NCBI GenBank assembly: GCA_963735035.1
Contig: CAVTJJ010000004.1
Coordinates: 992,001 to 1,056,000, forward strand
Length of the DNA: 64,000 nt
Origin: an uncultured candidate division Zixibacteria bacterium
Lineage (GTDB): Bacteria > Zixibacteria > MSB-5A5 > GN15 > FEB-12
Direction of reading: 5' to 3'
Position 1 is the first letter of the stretch, and each line of letters starts with the position of its first letter. This document shows positions 1 through 10,358 of the stretch, piece by piece. Both the position numbers and the translations under genes were made by a program. The notes beneath the pieces were generated by a model, which saw nothing but the letters and a program-made list of their open reading frames with translations, was not told the DNA's origin and did no database searches.

Positions 1-221
1 CGATACATTGGCCAGCGCGAAATGTTATCCTCGCCGAAAAAGACCTTACCCCGGTCGGGCCTGATAAAACCTATGATCATGTAGAAAGTCGTGGTCTTAC
101 CGGCCCCGTTAGGGCCAAGTAACCCAACAACTTCGCCAGGCTGGACCTGGATCGAAACGTCGTTAGCAACTGCTCTCTTCCGGTAGAACTTGAAGAGTCC
201 CTGTGATTCTATCGCTGCCAT
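1..221 (-). CDS. lptB: LPS export ABC transporter ATP-binding protein LptB (5' part; runs off window)
   Basis: Manual translation from ATG at 221: MAAIESQGLFKFYRKRAVANDVSIQVQPGEVVGLLGPNGAGKTTTFYMIIGFIRPDRG...PMY. Walker A plus TTTFYM is typical of LptB. Not in the ORF track. Confidence 0.9.
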   Translation of the reverse strand, partial: MAAIESQGLFKFYRKRAVANDVSIQVQPGEVVGLLGPNGAGKTTTFYMIIGFIRPDRGKVFFGEDNISRWPMY

Positions 222-415
222 ACTACTAATATACGCCCGACATGAGGCGATGCCACATAAAAAGCTCTATTGTCAGCACATTATTTGCTGTCGGCCATAA
301 CATTATTTAATATAACAGCTTAGCGCAATGAGATGGTTCCGGACAGGACGGAGGCCTGTTATCTTGTTGCAAATCTGAAGGTTTCTCGGTAATATATGAA
401 GATAGACAGGTGGGC

Positions 416-1138
416 ATGACTAATCAGGAATACACTAATCTGACTGCGGTAGTTCTGGCTGGCGGCAAAGGAAGCCGTCTGATGCCTCACACGGCGGAAA
501 CTCCCAAGCCGCTGGTAGAGGTGGGCGGGCGACCGGTGGTCGAATATCTCCTGGCTCAGTTGAAGAAGGGCGGGGTACGGCGGGTCGTCATGGCGGTAAA
601 TCATATGGCTGATCAGATTGAAAACCGTCTTGGCGATGGGTCTCGGTATGGACTTGAAATTAGCTATTCGCGCGAGCCAAAACCGCTTTCGACCATTGGG
701 CCATTGTCTCTGATCTCTGACCTGCCGGAAAACTTCATCGTGGCCAACGGCGATATCCTGACCGACCTCGATCTCAGCGCGTTGTATCGTGCGCACGTGG
801 AACGCGAGGCCGAACTGACAGTCGCTACTTATGAGGGGACTGAGAAGATCGACTACGGGGTTTTGGAGATCGACCCGGAGAGCCGGGTGGTGGCGTTCTC
901 GGAGAAACCGGATTATTCGTTTATCGTCTCGATGGGGATTTATGTCTTCAACCGCTCGGTGCTGGAACTGGTGCCGCCGGACAGCGCGTACGGATTCGAT
1001 CGGTTGATGTTCGACATGCTGCGCCTGCAGCGAGGGGTGTTCGCTTATCCTTACGACGGCTACTGGCTGGATGTCGGCCGTCCTGCCGACTATGAGCGCG
1101 CGCAGGCGGATACGGAGATGCTGGCGCGGTTGTTGTGA
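416..1138 (+). CDS. Sugar-phosphate nucleotidyltransferase (NTP_transferase family)
   Basis: AVVLAGGKGSRL..PKPL, VANGDILTD and YWLDVGRPADY motifs. Confidence 0.88.
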   Translation: MTNQEYTNLTAVVLAGGKGSRLMPHTAETPKPLVEVGGRPVVEYLLAQLKKGGVRRVVMAVNHMADQIENRLGDGSRYGLEISYSREPKPLSTIGPLSLISDLPENFIVANGDILTDLDLSALYRAHVEREAELTVATYEGTEKIDYGVLEIDPESRVVAFSEKPDYSFIVSMGIYVFNRSVLELVPPDSAYGFDRLMFDMLRLQRGVFAYPYDGYWLDVGRPADYERAQADTEMLARLL

Positions 1139-1216
1139 GTGCGTAACGAACCGTTGACTTCTGACATGTCATCTACAGACTCGTCTCAACGTAACTGAAA
1201 ACGAGAGTCGTGTTCC

Positions 1217-1274
1217 TGTCATTGCGAGCGGAGATGACTCGCCGTCAGGCGGGACATCGTAGCGCGGCAATCTC
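1217..1274. repeat. CGTC/TGTC-type REP half element (TGTCATTGCGAG...GCAATCTC) downstream of the GIY-YIG gene
   Basis: Inverted partner of the elements at 1585-1622 and 1727-1764. Confidence 0.75.
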
Positions 1275-1281
1275 ATGTCGA

Positions 1282-1575
1282 TCATGAAGAAATGTCTTGG
1301 GAGAGGTCGAGCCACTCGGGGTTCACGGAGTCAATAAGATCTATCTTCTTCCGTCGTGAGCCCGCCTTGATTTGTTTCTCACGTTCTATGGCCGAACGTA
1401 TACTTCCCGCAATCTCGTAGTAGACAAGCTTTGTCGCGTTGTACTTTGCTGTGAACCCAGGCTTAGTTCCACTCTTGTGTTCGTCAATCCGCCGGATTAG
1501 ATCGCTGGTCACACCAGTGTAGAGAACCGAGTTTGACTTGTTCGTAAGGATGTAGACGTAACCGTTCTTGGACAC
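1282..1575 (-). CDS. Small stand-alone GIY-YIG endonuclease (YhbQ/UPF0213-like)
   Basis: GYVYILTN...LYTGVTSDLIRRIDEH...FTAKY...LVYYE...AIEREKQIKAGSRRKK...NPEWLDL. GGAGG RBS precedes GTG at 1575. Confidence 0.92.
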   Translation of the reverse strand: MSKNGYVYILTNKSNSVLYTGVTSDLIRRIDEHKSGTKPGFTAKYNATKLVYYEIAGSIRSAIEREKQIKAGSRRKKIDLIDSVNPEWLDLSQDISS

Positions 1576-1584
1576 GATTCCTCC

Positions 1585-1622
1585 GAGATTTCCACGGCCG
1601 CCAAAGGCGGCCTCGCAATGAC
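1585..1622. repeat. REP half element GAGATTTCCACGGCCGCCAAAGGCGGCCTCGCAATGAC
   Basis: Palindromic; near-identical copy at 1727-1764. Confidence 0.8.
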
Positions 1623-1726
1623 GTTGGGTGCAGGCTGCATAATAATGGCAGCTTTCTGTTAGTTCATAAATCAAGGTGCGGGTCGGTCTAGTTGTCTATC
1701 ACATTTGCGTTGGACCCACGCGATGT

Positions 1727-1845
1727 GAGATTGCCACGGCCGCCAAGGGCGGCCTCGCAATGACAGTATGGGCGGGCGGCCTCGCAATGACAGTATGGGC
1801 GGGCGGCCTCGCAATGACAGTATGGGCGGGCGGCCTCGCAATGAC
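1727..1845. repeat. REP element followed by a 27-bp tandem repeat (GGGCGGCCTCGCAATGACAGTATGGGC x3 plus 18 nt)
   Basis: Units at 1747, 1774, 1801 and a partial unit at 1828-1845. Confidence 0.9.
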
Positions 1846-2072
1846 GGAGCGAAAGTCGTTCAGGGCAGTGTCGCAATAACTTTACGAGAAACGCCTGCGG
1901 TTGGAGCGTCAAGAATTCATCGAACTACCCCCCTCGCTTCAAACCTTGACTTGAAACTGGCGTACCCCTATGTATGCCTACCCGGTCGGTGAGGGCGAGC
2001 CGATACGATTAATCGCCGTTGTTGTCCGGGTCATATAAGGCGTGACATGAATAACCGCAAAGGAGAATTGAT

Positions 2073-2669
2073 ATGAAATGGATTCTGATCACCGCCCTGT
2101 CTCTCACCCTGCTTGGTTGCGGAGGTGGGGGCAAACAAGTAACCCGTCTCGACGCTAACAGCCAGACCGATCTCAGCGGCAAATGGAACGACACCGATTC
2201 GCGCCTGGTCGCTCAAGAGATGATAAGCGACTGCCTCTCTCGTCCCTGGTTGACCGATTTCAATCGCACCAAGGGTGCGAAGCCGGTGGTAACGGTCGGC
2301 ACGATCGACAACCTCAGCCATGAACACATTGCCACCGAGACGTTCATCGCCGATTTCGAGCGCGAGCTGGTAAACTCATCGCAGGTTCGATTCGTGGCCG
2401 CGTCCAACTGGCGGGCCGAAATTCGCAAGGAACGTCAGGAACAGCAGGAATTCGCTTCGCCTGAGACTATGAAGAAGATGCGCAACGAGCTCGGCGCCGA
2501 TTTCATGCTTCAGGGAACGATCAATTCCATCGTCGATCAGGAAGAAGGCAAGCAGGTCGTCTTCTATCAGACCGATCTGACGCTAGTCAACATCGAGACC
2601 ATGGAGAAAGTCTGGCTCGGACAGAAGAAGATCAAGAAGGGAATCTCACAGGGTAAGACCTCCTGGTAG
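2073..2669 (+). CDS. LpoB-like / CsgG-fold outer-membrane lipoprotein
   Basis: Lipobox LLGC; DLSGKWNDTDSRLVA...GADFMLQGTINSIVD...FYQTDLTLVNIET.EKVW. Confidence 0.8.
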   Translation: MKWILITALSLTLLGCGGGGKQVTRLDANSQTDLSGKWNDTDSRLVAQEMISDCLSRPWLTDFNRTKGAKPVVTVGTIDNLSHEHIATETFIADFERELVNSSQVRFVAASNWRAEIRKERQEQQEFASPETMKKMRNELGADFMLQGTINSIVDQEEGKQVVFYQTDLTLVNIETMEKVWLGQKKIKKGISQGKTSW

Positions 2670-2672
2670 CCA

Positions 2673-4076
2673 ATGTCTGACCAGCTTCGATTCTTCATTC
2701 GCTCCGGTTTGATCTTGCTCGCGACCTTGTCGCTTTCGGGCTGCGGCTCCATGGCCACCCGGGTCAGCTTCTACGAGCCGATAACAGCATCGGCCCGCCT
2801 GGGGCAGTATGATTCCGCGGCGGTCTATCTGGAGAAGGCCAAGGCGAAAGGCAAGTATGACACGAAAGACCGGGTCGTGTATTATGTCGATGCCGGTCTT
2901 GCGTACCACTATGCCCGGCAGTTTGATTCGAGCAATGTCCGCCTGACTGCCGCCGAGAACGCCGCCGAAGAACTATACACCAAGAGCATCTCCAAGGCGG
3001 CGATGTCGCTCGTGCTCAACGACAATGCTCTCGACTACGCCGGGGAAGATTACGAAGTTCTCTACACCAATCTGATCAAAGCGCTCAACTATCTCGGCGA
3101 GGACAATTTCGAGGATGCCTTTGTCGAAATCCGTCGCGCCAATCTCAAGTTGGACTTGCTGGATCAGAAGTACGCCGATGCTGCCCAGGAATTTCAGCGA
3201 GAAGAAGAGTCGGATTCCAACTCTGTGAAGATCAACTACGACGTCAAGCCGGTTCGATTCTACAATTCCGCGCTGGCCCGTTATCTATCGATGCACATGT
3301 ATGCGGCGTCGGGGAAAGACTTCGACGCCGATCTCGATTTTACGTTTCTCGGCCATGCGTTTGAGACTCAGCCCCACATCTACAATTTCGCGCCGCCGAG
3401 GGTGTCATACCGCTCCGATTCAGGCGGGGTGTTGTCGGTGGTGGCGCTGGCTGGCATGGCTCCGGTTAAGCAGGCGATGAACCTCCGTATTCGCACCGAC
3501 AAAGACCTCAACCTGGTGCAGGTGCTGTACACCGATCCGAAAACCGGTGAGTCAGAGTACGGTAACTTCCCGATTCCGGTCAGCGAGGATTACTATTTCG
3601 ATTTTTCAATTCCTAATCTGATCGATCGGCCGTCGCGGATTGCCCGAATCGAAGTCTACGCCGACAGCAACCTTGTCGGTGAGCTGTCACTGCTCGAAGA
3701 TGTTTCATCGGTGGCGCGCGAGACCTTCGAAGCCAAGAAGACCCTGATCTACATCCGGACCGTCGCGCGCGCGGTTGCCAAGGGGCTGATTGCGCATCGT
3801 CAGAAAGAGAAAGCCGATACCGGTGGCCTGGGGGGATGGCTAAAGAAGGCGGCGATTGATGCCGTCAGCGACATCTCCGAGAGCGCCGACCTTCGTTGTG
3901 CGCGTTTACTCCCGGGGAAAGTGTATGTCGGTGATTTTGTCATGCCGCCGGGGAAATACAACGTGACGGTCGAATACCTGGATCAAACGGGGGCGCGCAT
4001 CGCAGGTCAGTCATATCCCGATTATGAAGTCACTCCCGGCCGGTTCAACCTGGTCGAGGCTGTCTCGCTGCAGTAG
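2673..4076 (+). CDS. TPR-like lipoprotein (COG3014-like)
   Basis: Lipobox LSGC; NDNALDYAGEDYE...KALNYL...AFVEIRR...ESADLR; usual partner of the upstream LpoB-like gene. Confidence 0.75.
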   Translation: MSDQLRFFIRSGLILLATLSLSGCGSMATRVSFYEPITASARLGQYDSAAVYLEKAKAKGKYDTKDRVVYYVDAGLAYHYARQFDSSNVRLTAAENAAEELYTKSISKAAMSLVLNDNALDYAGEDYEVLYTNLIKALNYLGEDNFEDAFVEIRRANLKLDLLDQKYADAAQEFQREEESDSNSVKINYDVKPVRFYNSALARYLSMHMYAASGKDFDADLDFTFLGHAFETQPHIYNFAPPRVSYRSDSGGVLSVVALAGMAPVKQAMNLRIRTDKDLNLVQVLYTDPKTGESEYGNFPIPVSEDYYFDFSIPNLIDRPSRIARIEVYADSNLVGELSLLEDVSSVARETFEAKKTLIYIRTVARAVAKGLIAHRQKEKADTGGLGGWLKKAAIDAVSDISESADLRCARLLPGKVYVGDFVMPPGKYNVTVEYLDQTGARIAGQSYPDYEVTPGRFNLVEAVSLQ

Positions 4077-4078
4077 GC

Positions 4079-4107
4079 TTGACGTTATAGCCCAATCTTC
4101 TTAAATT
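4079..4107 (+). promoter_or_regulatory. Putative sigma70 promoter TTGACG-N17-TAAATT
   Basis: Near-consensus hexamers with 17-bp spacing upstream of the ORF at 4141. Confidence 0.45.
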
Positions 4108-4140
4108 CATTCAGTACAACCTTGCTAAAGGGGTCTTGTG

Positions 4141-4878
4141 ATGAATCTGCGTGCGCTGTCAGTCCTCATTCTTGGAACTCTCCTGCTTGCTTTGAGCACC
4201 AGTGTCGGTATTTGTCAGACGCTTTCATCTCAGGCTAGCAACGAAGAGACATGTGACACACGCCCAATAAGCTGGGGCTGGGCGCTGACGGTCGGGGGGC
4301 ATTATACCACTTCGTTAGGCACATACTATACCAAGGTCGAACCAGGTATCGGAATGGACGCACGTCTTTCGCGAGCCATCTCACAACACGTAGCATTGCG
4401 CGCGTCCTATTGCCACTATGGTTTGCATATCAATCGCCCAACCGAGTTCTTGATCGGTAGGGACGTGTACGGTTCGGTAGTAGGACGTCGTCTCACTGAC
4501 GAAGTATATACTCTTACCGTCGGAGTGGAGTATCAGCGGTGGATTGATCGATCCGGACGCAATCGCATCAAAGCATATCTCTCCCTGGACATCGGTGTCG
4601 CCCGACACACTACCACGGGTGACGTCACTGTTCGGGATAACGGAGCAGTCATTAATTGGGTAACCACCTATCCCGGTGCTGAGGATTATTATCATGGCAT
4701 GCTATCTACAGGTAGCGGGCTCATACTTCCGGTGGGCAGCAAGTTCCAGGTTTATACCGGTGCAAACGTTGACCTACTCTGGGTGAAGGAGGACAGCGGC
4801 AGAGATTTTCGACAATATGTCTCCGGGAACATGAGATATGTCTTCAGGCTGACCGCCGGCCTGACCTTTACGCTCTAA
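4141..4878 (+). CDS. Outer-membrane beta-barrel protein
   Basis: Signal peptide, amphipathic beta-strands, C-terminal strand FRLTAGLTFTL. Confidence 0.65.
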   Translation: MNLRALSVLILGTLLLALSTSVGICQTLSSQASNEETCDTRPISWGWALTVGGHYTTSLGTYYTKVEPGIGMDARLSRAISQHVALRASYCHYGLHINRPTEFLIGRDVYGSVVGRRLTDEVYTLTVGVEYQRWIDRSGRNRIKAYLSLDIGVARHTTTGDVTVRDNGAVINWVTTYPGAEDYYHGMLSTGSGLILPVGSKFQVYTGANVDLLWVKEDSGRDFRQYVSGNMRYVFRLTAGLTFTL

Positions 4879-5032
4879 GCCTATGTATCAAGAGGACAAG
4901 CCCCCTGGCCTTCAGCTTGCATAATCCCTAATTTCAAGTATATTCCCATTCTAAGGTACCCCGTTCAGGTCCCGCGACCGTACTGCCGAAACACTAAGTA
5001 ATGCTCTACAGATAGCACCGATTGAACAAAAC

Positions 5033-7750
5033 ATGACATCAAACCGCTTTACCCCCCTCGCCATTCTTGCAGCTGCCATCATAGTATTGACCGGTTTATC
5101 GGTTTCAAAGGCGCGAGCCGATTGATCCGTCCGGACCTTACGGAAAGAACTCAAGCGGATGGTATGTCGGCGGTACTTCCGGACGCTCCGGGATCGACTC
5201 CTTGCGCGGATACATCGATTCGATTTTCTACGCCAAGGCGGCTCAATCGATGGGGGGCGAGACAATCGCCGGTCCGCAGAGGGTTATATACGGCGACGAT
5301 GACCGTCGCGACATCTACACTCTATCCGATCCCAATTTGCTAAAGCTCGCTCAGGCGACCTGTGTCGTGGTCGAATCGTATGAGATCACCAACAACGGCA
5401 ACGGAACCTTCACGCTGCATACCACTCCCTGGACTACCCAGAGCGGCTACCCGCTTTGTGCCGGAGAACGTTTTGTCGGTCAGCGTCAGATCGGTTTCTG
5501 TTCCGGTTTTCTGGTTGGCTCGGACATCGTAGTCACGGCCGGGCATTGCGTGGACGCCTGTACCGGAGTCGCGTTCGTATTCGGATTCCGAGCAGGTCGA
5601 TTCACTTGACACCGCCGGTAACTGTCGTTTCTGCGGACAACGTCTACTTCTGTTCCCAGGTTATGGACCGGCAACTTCAGGGTGATTACGATCATTCGGT
5701 CGTTCGTCTGGATCGCGCGGTGGTCGGACGTACCCCTATTCCGATCCGTCGCGACGGTCTCGTGGACAATGGCTCGCCTCTTGTGCTTGTAGGGCATCCA
5801 AACGTCCTGCCCATGAAAGCGGCGGCGGGGGCCGAAGTGAAAAATAACCGGGGGACTACGCCCTGGTTCGAAGCGAACACCGACTCCTACGGCGGCAATT
5901 CCGGCTCGATGGTGGTAAACACCAATACCTGGAAGATCGAAGGGATTCTGGTGCGTGGTGAGCAGGACTTTGTGGTACAGGGTAGCTGCATCAAGTCCAA
6001 TGTCTTACCCAACTCCGGCAGTGGTTCTGGATTCGAAGAAATCAGCAAGATCACGACCGTGGCGCATCTGATCCCCGAGCTTCTCAGCAACGTGGGAGAA
6101 TTGGCTTTCGACGCGGCCTCCTATCGCTGCAGCGGCATCATTGCGATTGAGCTGCGTGATCAGGACCTGGCCGGTATTGGTAGTATGTCGCTGCCGATTG
6201 CGACTTCGGCCGCCGATTCTGAGATGGTGACGCTCACTGAATCAACGACGTCTCCGGGGATATTTACCGGGACAATCTCGGTCGCTGCCGGGGGAATAGT
6301 GAAGTGGGATGGCCTGCTTCAGGTATCCGACGCTGATATCATTACGTCCACTTACAACGACGCTGATCACGGCGGCGGTATTCCCGCGACCGTGACCGCT
6401 TCGGCTACGGTCGATTGCTCTGCTCCGTTGATTTCCAATGTCACTATCACTCAGATCGGAGTAACGTGGGTCAGGGTGACATTCAATACCGACGAACCAG
6501 CGACCGGTCAAGTCAGAGCAGGCTCAATCTGCGGTTCGTACACGACTTCCGGTGCGAGTGCAGCCGGCCTCAGCCATGACGTCACAGTAAGCGGCCTCTC
6601 TCCGGCGACCGGATACCGCTTTGAGATCGAAGCTTCAGACGCTGCGGGCAATGTGTCAATTGATGACAATGCCGGAACCTGCTATGAATTCACTACCAAT
6701 GCGGCCGCCAATTTCTTCACGGAGCAGTTTGTATCCGGATTCGATCTGGCAGGGAAGACTCTGGCGCTGATTCCGGACGTCTCCGCGGATTTCTACCGCG
6801 CCTGTCTGTATGATTCGCCGACTTTTCCGGCAGTCCTGCCGGGAGAAACGAATCTAAGTGTGACTGATGACGATTCTAAAGCCGTTGCAATCACGGGCGG
6901 CCAGAGTGTCTCGCTCTACGGCACGGCTTACAATCAAGTTTATGTAGGCTCCAACGGATTTGTGACATTTGGTGCGAGTAGTACCGACTGGTCTGAGACT
7001 CTGGAAGAGCATTTCGCCGCTCCGCCGCGCGTTGCGATTTTTTGGGACGATCTCGATCCGACCGAAGGGGGTACGATCGGCTACCAGCAGTTTGACAACC
7101 GTCTGCTGGTCACCTGGAGGAGCGTTCACGCTCATCTGTCAACACACGAGATCAGTGCTCAGCTCGCGTTGTATTTCGACGGCACCATTACGATAACTTA
7201 CGGGGTCGTGCAGGAGGAAGATTGTATCGTCGGTCTCTCACGTGGCACCGGGATGCCGGCCGATTTCATTCCGTCCGATCTGAGCACATACGGTGCATGC
7301 CAACTAGTCGTGTGCTATGCCGATGCCGACAGTGATACCTTCGGAGCAAACAATGATCCTGGTTCATCACAGTTTACCGGTCAGTGCCCGCCCGGCTACG
7401 TGGATAATTCGTTGGACTGCGACGACACGAATCCCGACATACATCCCGGTGTGTCCGATATCCCCGACGATACCATCGATCAGGATTGCGACGGTCGGGA
7501 CGCTTCGTGCTGCCAGGTCAGAGTAGGTGATGTCAACGGGGTAGGGGGAGACGAACCGACCATCGGCGACATTTCAATGCTGATCGATCATCTGTTCGTG
7601 TCGGGTCTGACGCTGAACTGCCTGCAGGAGGCCGATGTCAATCAGTCGGGTGGACGGTATCCAACCCTCGACGACATCACGATCGGTGATATCTCGACTC
7701 TCATAGACCATCTCTTCATTAGCCAAACAGCTTTGAACGATTGTCTCTGA
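5033..7750 (+). CDS. Secreted trypsin-like serine protease with FN3-like, nidogen-like and MopE-type repeat regions and a C-terminal dockerin-like module (reading frame broken, probably by sequencing indels)
   Basis: Signal peptide from ATG 5033; VIYGDDDRRD; triad motifs TAGHC, DHSVVRLD and DSYGGNSGS; DCDDTNPDIHPG..DQDCDG; CC..GDVN..EPTIGD tail. Removing one base each near 5122, 5588 and 5606 restores one frame. Confidence 0.82.
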
Positions 7751-7857
7751 ATGCTATCGACCGAGTTTCTTGAAAGCGAATAGTCTCACTAACGCAGCCG
7801 GAATCACCCCGAACAATACGGGCAGGCCGAAAGCGTTGCCTTCCTATTTAATCTAGT

Positions 7858-8241
7858 TCAGCGGAGGAGTAACGCGATCAGGACGACTGCGACCAAAAGG
7901 AGTCCGATCAGGAGTGCCAGTTTCGACCCCATGATATTGGAATTGGGCGAAGTGCGGTACGGGTCGATTCGTGCAGAGTTATCTCCAGAGCGGTGTTCTA
8001 TCCGCCGCTTGAACCTGAGGCGGTACTGGTCGAACTTCTCCAGAAGTTCCCAGCCGCTTTCAGCTTCTTCGCGACAGACCTGCTGAACCTCTTCCAATTT
8101 ACTGAAGCGTCCAAAGTTGGAGCGAATGATTTTGAATTCCCAACCGCTCAGGTCGTTTCCACTGTAGGTTGTCATCTGTTCTTCCTCTTTGGCGCGTTGT
8201 GCTGCAATCACAGCTGCGGTTATGGCGGCATGCGGAAACAT
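7858..8241 (-). CDS. Small membrane protein (DUF4177-like)
   Basis: EEEQMTTY...GWEFKIIRS...EEAESGWELLEKFD..RLRFKR; C-terminal TM helix; AGGAG RBS. Confidence 0.7.
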   Translation of the reverse strand: MFPHAAITAAVIAAQRAKEEEQMTTYSGNDLSGWEFKIIRSNFGRFSKLEEVQQVCREEAESGWELLEKFDQYRLRFKRRIEHRSGDNSARIDPYRTSPNSNIMGSKLALLIGLLLVAVVLIALLLR

Positions 8242-8418
8242 AGGGTGCTTTCTCCTTTGAGTACTACGAGAATACTCAAAGCAGGTTACAATATTCAGTG
8301 AGAAATCAGACTTACACCCTTACGACTTCACGCCACGAAACCTCCGGCGCACTTTTCGGACTGACGACTTACCTCCGGGACGACCAAATGTTGGCAGTCA
8401 CCTTACGGTTCTCGGTTC

Positions 8419-8535
8419 CTACTTTGGGGTGCTCTTCGGCTGCTTGTCCTGCTTCGCTTTCTGCTCCTGGTTGTGTTTGCTCTGTTGCTGCTTCTTGCTC
8501 TTGTCCTTGTCCTTTTTTCCGCCTTTGTCACCCAT
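8419..8535 (-). CDS. 38-aa Lys/Gln-rich small protein MGDKGGKKDKDKSKKQQQSKHNQEQKAKQDKQPKSTPK
   Basis: ATG at 8535 preceded by GAAAGGAAG RBS; stop at 8419-8421; below the ORF-track cutoff. Confidence 0.65.
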   Translation of the reverse strand: MGDKGGKKDKDKSKKQQQSKHNQEQKAKQDKQPKSTPK

Positions 8536-8573
8536 GAGGCACTTCCTTTCCGAGTAATTCTTTCAGTTTGCTA

Positions 8574-10277
8574 CTACTTAGGTAATGGTATAACCACGAC
8601 CTGGGGAACATAGTTTGTCATGTCGTTGGTCAATTTGGACAACTCTTTCGAATTGCAGGTGTACAGGATCACGAGATGGGAGCGGTCCCGGTCAAAGTAC
8701 TGTGTCAGCACTCTGGCGCCGTAGCAGAAATTGTCCTTGTCATATTGCGGCGATCCCTCGACCAGCTCGGGACATTCATAGAGTGTCTGTCGGTCCGACC
8801 AGGGTCCGGTAATCTCTTTGGCCGTACGATAATAGATAACCTTCCCGCCGAAATGCGGCCCATACACCATGAACCATCGTCTCGAATCCGGATGATACAC
8901 GATTCTGCTTACCAGTCGATCCTCGACTACGGTACGGGCGTCAGCCGAGTCCGTGCCTGGTTTCCACTTCCCATCGTTCGCAAAATATTCAAGATGGCCG
9001 TCTGGTGATTCAATGTAATCAAGCGGTACGCGCACGACGTAATTCTTCGAGTCCGCTTTCACCAGCAAGAGATAGATGTACCTGCCGTCTTTGGCAAAGC
9101 CGCCGTCGTATGAGACACCGTCGAAGATTGGCGACAACGGGAAGAGATCGATCTTCCATTGATCGGGTGGTGTTGATCCCGGGTCGATCACCCTCGCCAA
9201 AGAATATCCGGGGGCGGTCCAATTGAAGATATCGTCCGGGGACGCCCCCGGCTTCCCACCGACCTTGCCAAGTAAGACGTAGAGCTTATTGCGATACATG
9301 AAACCGTCAAAGGGCCAGAACTTATATCTATCGGTGTGGGTCTGAAAGAAATGGTCCGGGTGATCCGTGTACATGTTACGCCAGTAATACTGCATGTCCA
9401 TGGTACCGTCGGTTCGGCAGGTTGACACGCCGATAGTTGTCACCATGCCCGCGCCTGAGCGGGTTGTTTGATCTTTTCTGCCCACGTAGGTATCACCGAA
9501 GAGCCAGAGCATCTTCGAAGAGTCCAAAGGCACCGCCAGAGCGCCGTCGCCCCCGAGCCAGCCGTCTTTGATCGGGAAGCTGGGCATACAGTCCTGCCGG
9601 TGGAGAGAGGGCTTGGACTTCTCAGCCGACGGCACAGGATTCTTCGCCGGGGGTTGACCTTCTTCGTTCCGACTCTGCTGCGGTGTCACTATTCGTCGCA
9701 ATCCGACGTAGTCTTTGGGGAAGACGGGTTCGTTCTCGGGCTTGGCCAAGAAGTCTCGAAGCTCTTCAGTCGGTAAGGTCAGGATTACCCTCGAATCGGA
9801 CAAGAGATAGCTCCCGGAAGTATCTTTCGCTATAACACTATCATAGAACCAGCGGTATTTCAGAACGCCGATATACAGAGAATCTTCTTCAAGTCTCAAC
9901 GGAATACAGGAATGAACTTGCAGAAGATGTCTCCTGAAATCCGAGCCGCCCAGGTCGCTCGTCAAGACGGGTAGAAGATCAAGCAGAATGCGATCGCCGA
10001 GGCGTGTGAATACTCCTTCGTAGCGAAAAGCGGGTCCCTCCGAGCTAATTCGAACCTCATAGAAGTTGTCACCGGTCTTTTCGAATGATATCGTGTCGCC
10101 GCCGAATTCTGTTATCTCCCAGGAGCCTTCCATCTCCGGCAGCAAGATAGCCTCGCGCTCGGTAAATAACGGATGGAAAGAGAATACGTCCTGGGCCGGG
10201 GAAGAGGGGGGGGCGGCAAACATCAATACCGAAATTATCTCAAGTCTCTTCAGTATCTGCATACTTGAAGTCTCCAT
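8574..10277 (-). CDS. Secreted protein with a C-terminal DUF4185-like beta-propeller
   Basis: GWLGGDG...LWLFGDT...AKEITGPWS...FCYG; separate N-terminal ~190-aa domain; start codon uncertain. Confidence 0.7.
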   Translation of the reverse strand: METSSMQILKRLEIISVLMFAAPPSSPAQDVFSFHPLFTEREAILLPEMEGSWEITEFGGDTISFEKTGDNFYEVRISSEGPAFRYEGVFTRLGDRILLDLLPVLTSDLGGSDFRRHLLQVHSCIPLRLEEDSLYIGVLKYRWFYDSVIAKDTSGSYLLSDSRVILTLPTEELRDFLAKPENEPVFPKDYVGLRRIVTPQQSRNEEGQPPAKNPVPSAEKSKPSLHRQDCMPSFPIKDGWLGGDGALAVPLDSSKMLWLFGDTYVGRKDQTTRSGAGMVTTIGVSTCRTDGTMDMQYYWRNMYTDHPDHFFQTHTDRYKFWPFDGFMYRNKLYVLLGKVGGKPGASPDDIFNWTAPGYSLARVIDPGSTPPDQWKIDLFPLSPIFDGVSYDGGFAKDGRYIYLLLVKADSKNYVVRVPLDYIESPDGHLEYFANDGKWKPGTDSADARTVVEDRLVSRIVYHPDSRRWFMVYGPHFGGKVIYYRTAKEITGPWSDRQTLYECPELVEGSPQYDKDNFCYGARVLTQYFDRDRSHLVILYTCNSKELSKLTNDMTNYVPQVVVIPLPK

Positions 10278-10358
10278 CGACTGACGACGAGGTCGCGATA
10301 CCAATAAGCACAGGTACCGCTACACGTTGTCCGATTTCGATACCGGCGGTTCAAAACT

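Noticed and set aside
1747..1845. CRISPR array
   Set aside because: The 27-bp units are directly tandem with no unique spacers, derive from a REP end, and no cas genes are present.
5033..5610. Phase variation or inactivation of the protease gene (likewise the breaks near 15810 and 55615)
   Set aside because: The breaks are not in long homopolymers or simple repeats and are repaired by single-base edits; treated as assembly errors pending read mapping.
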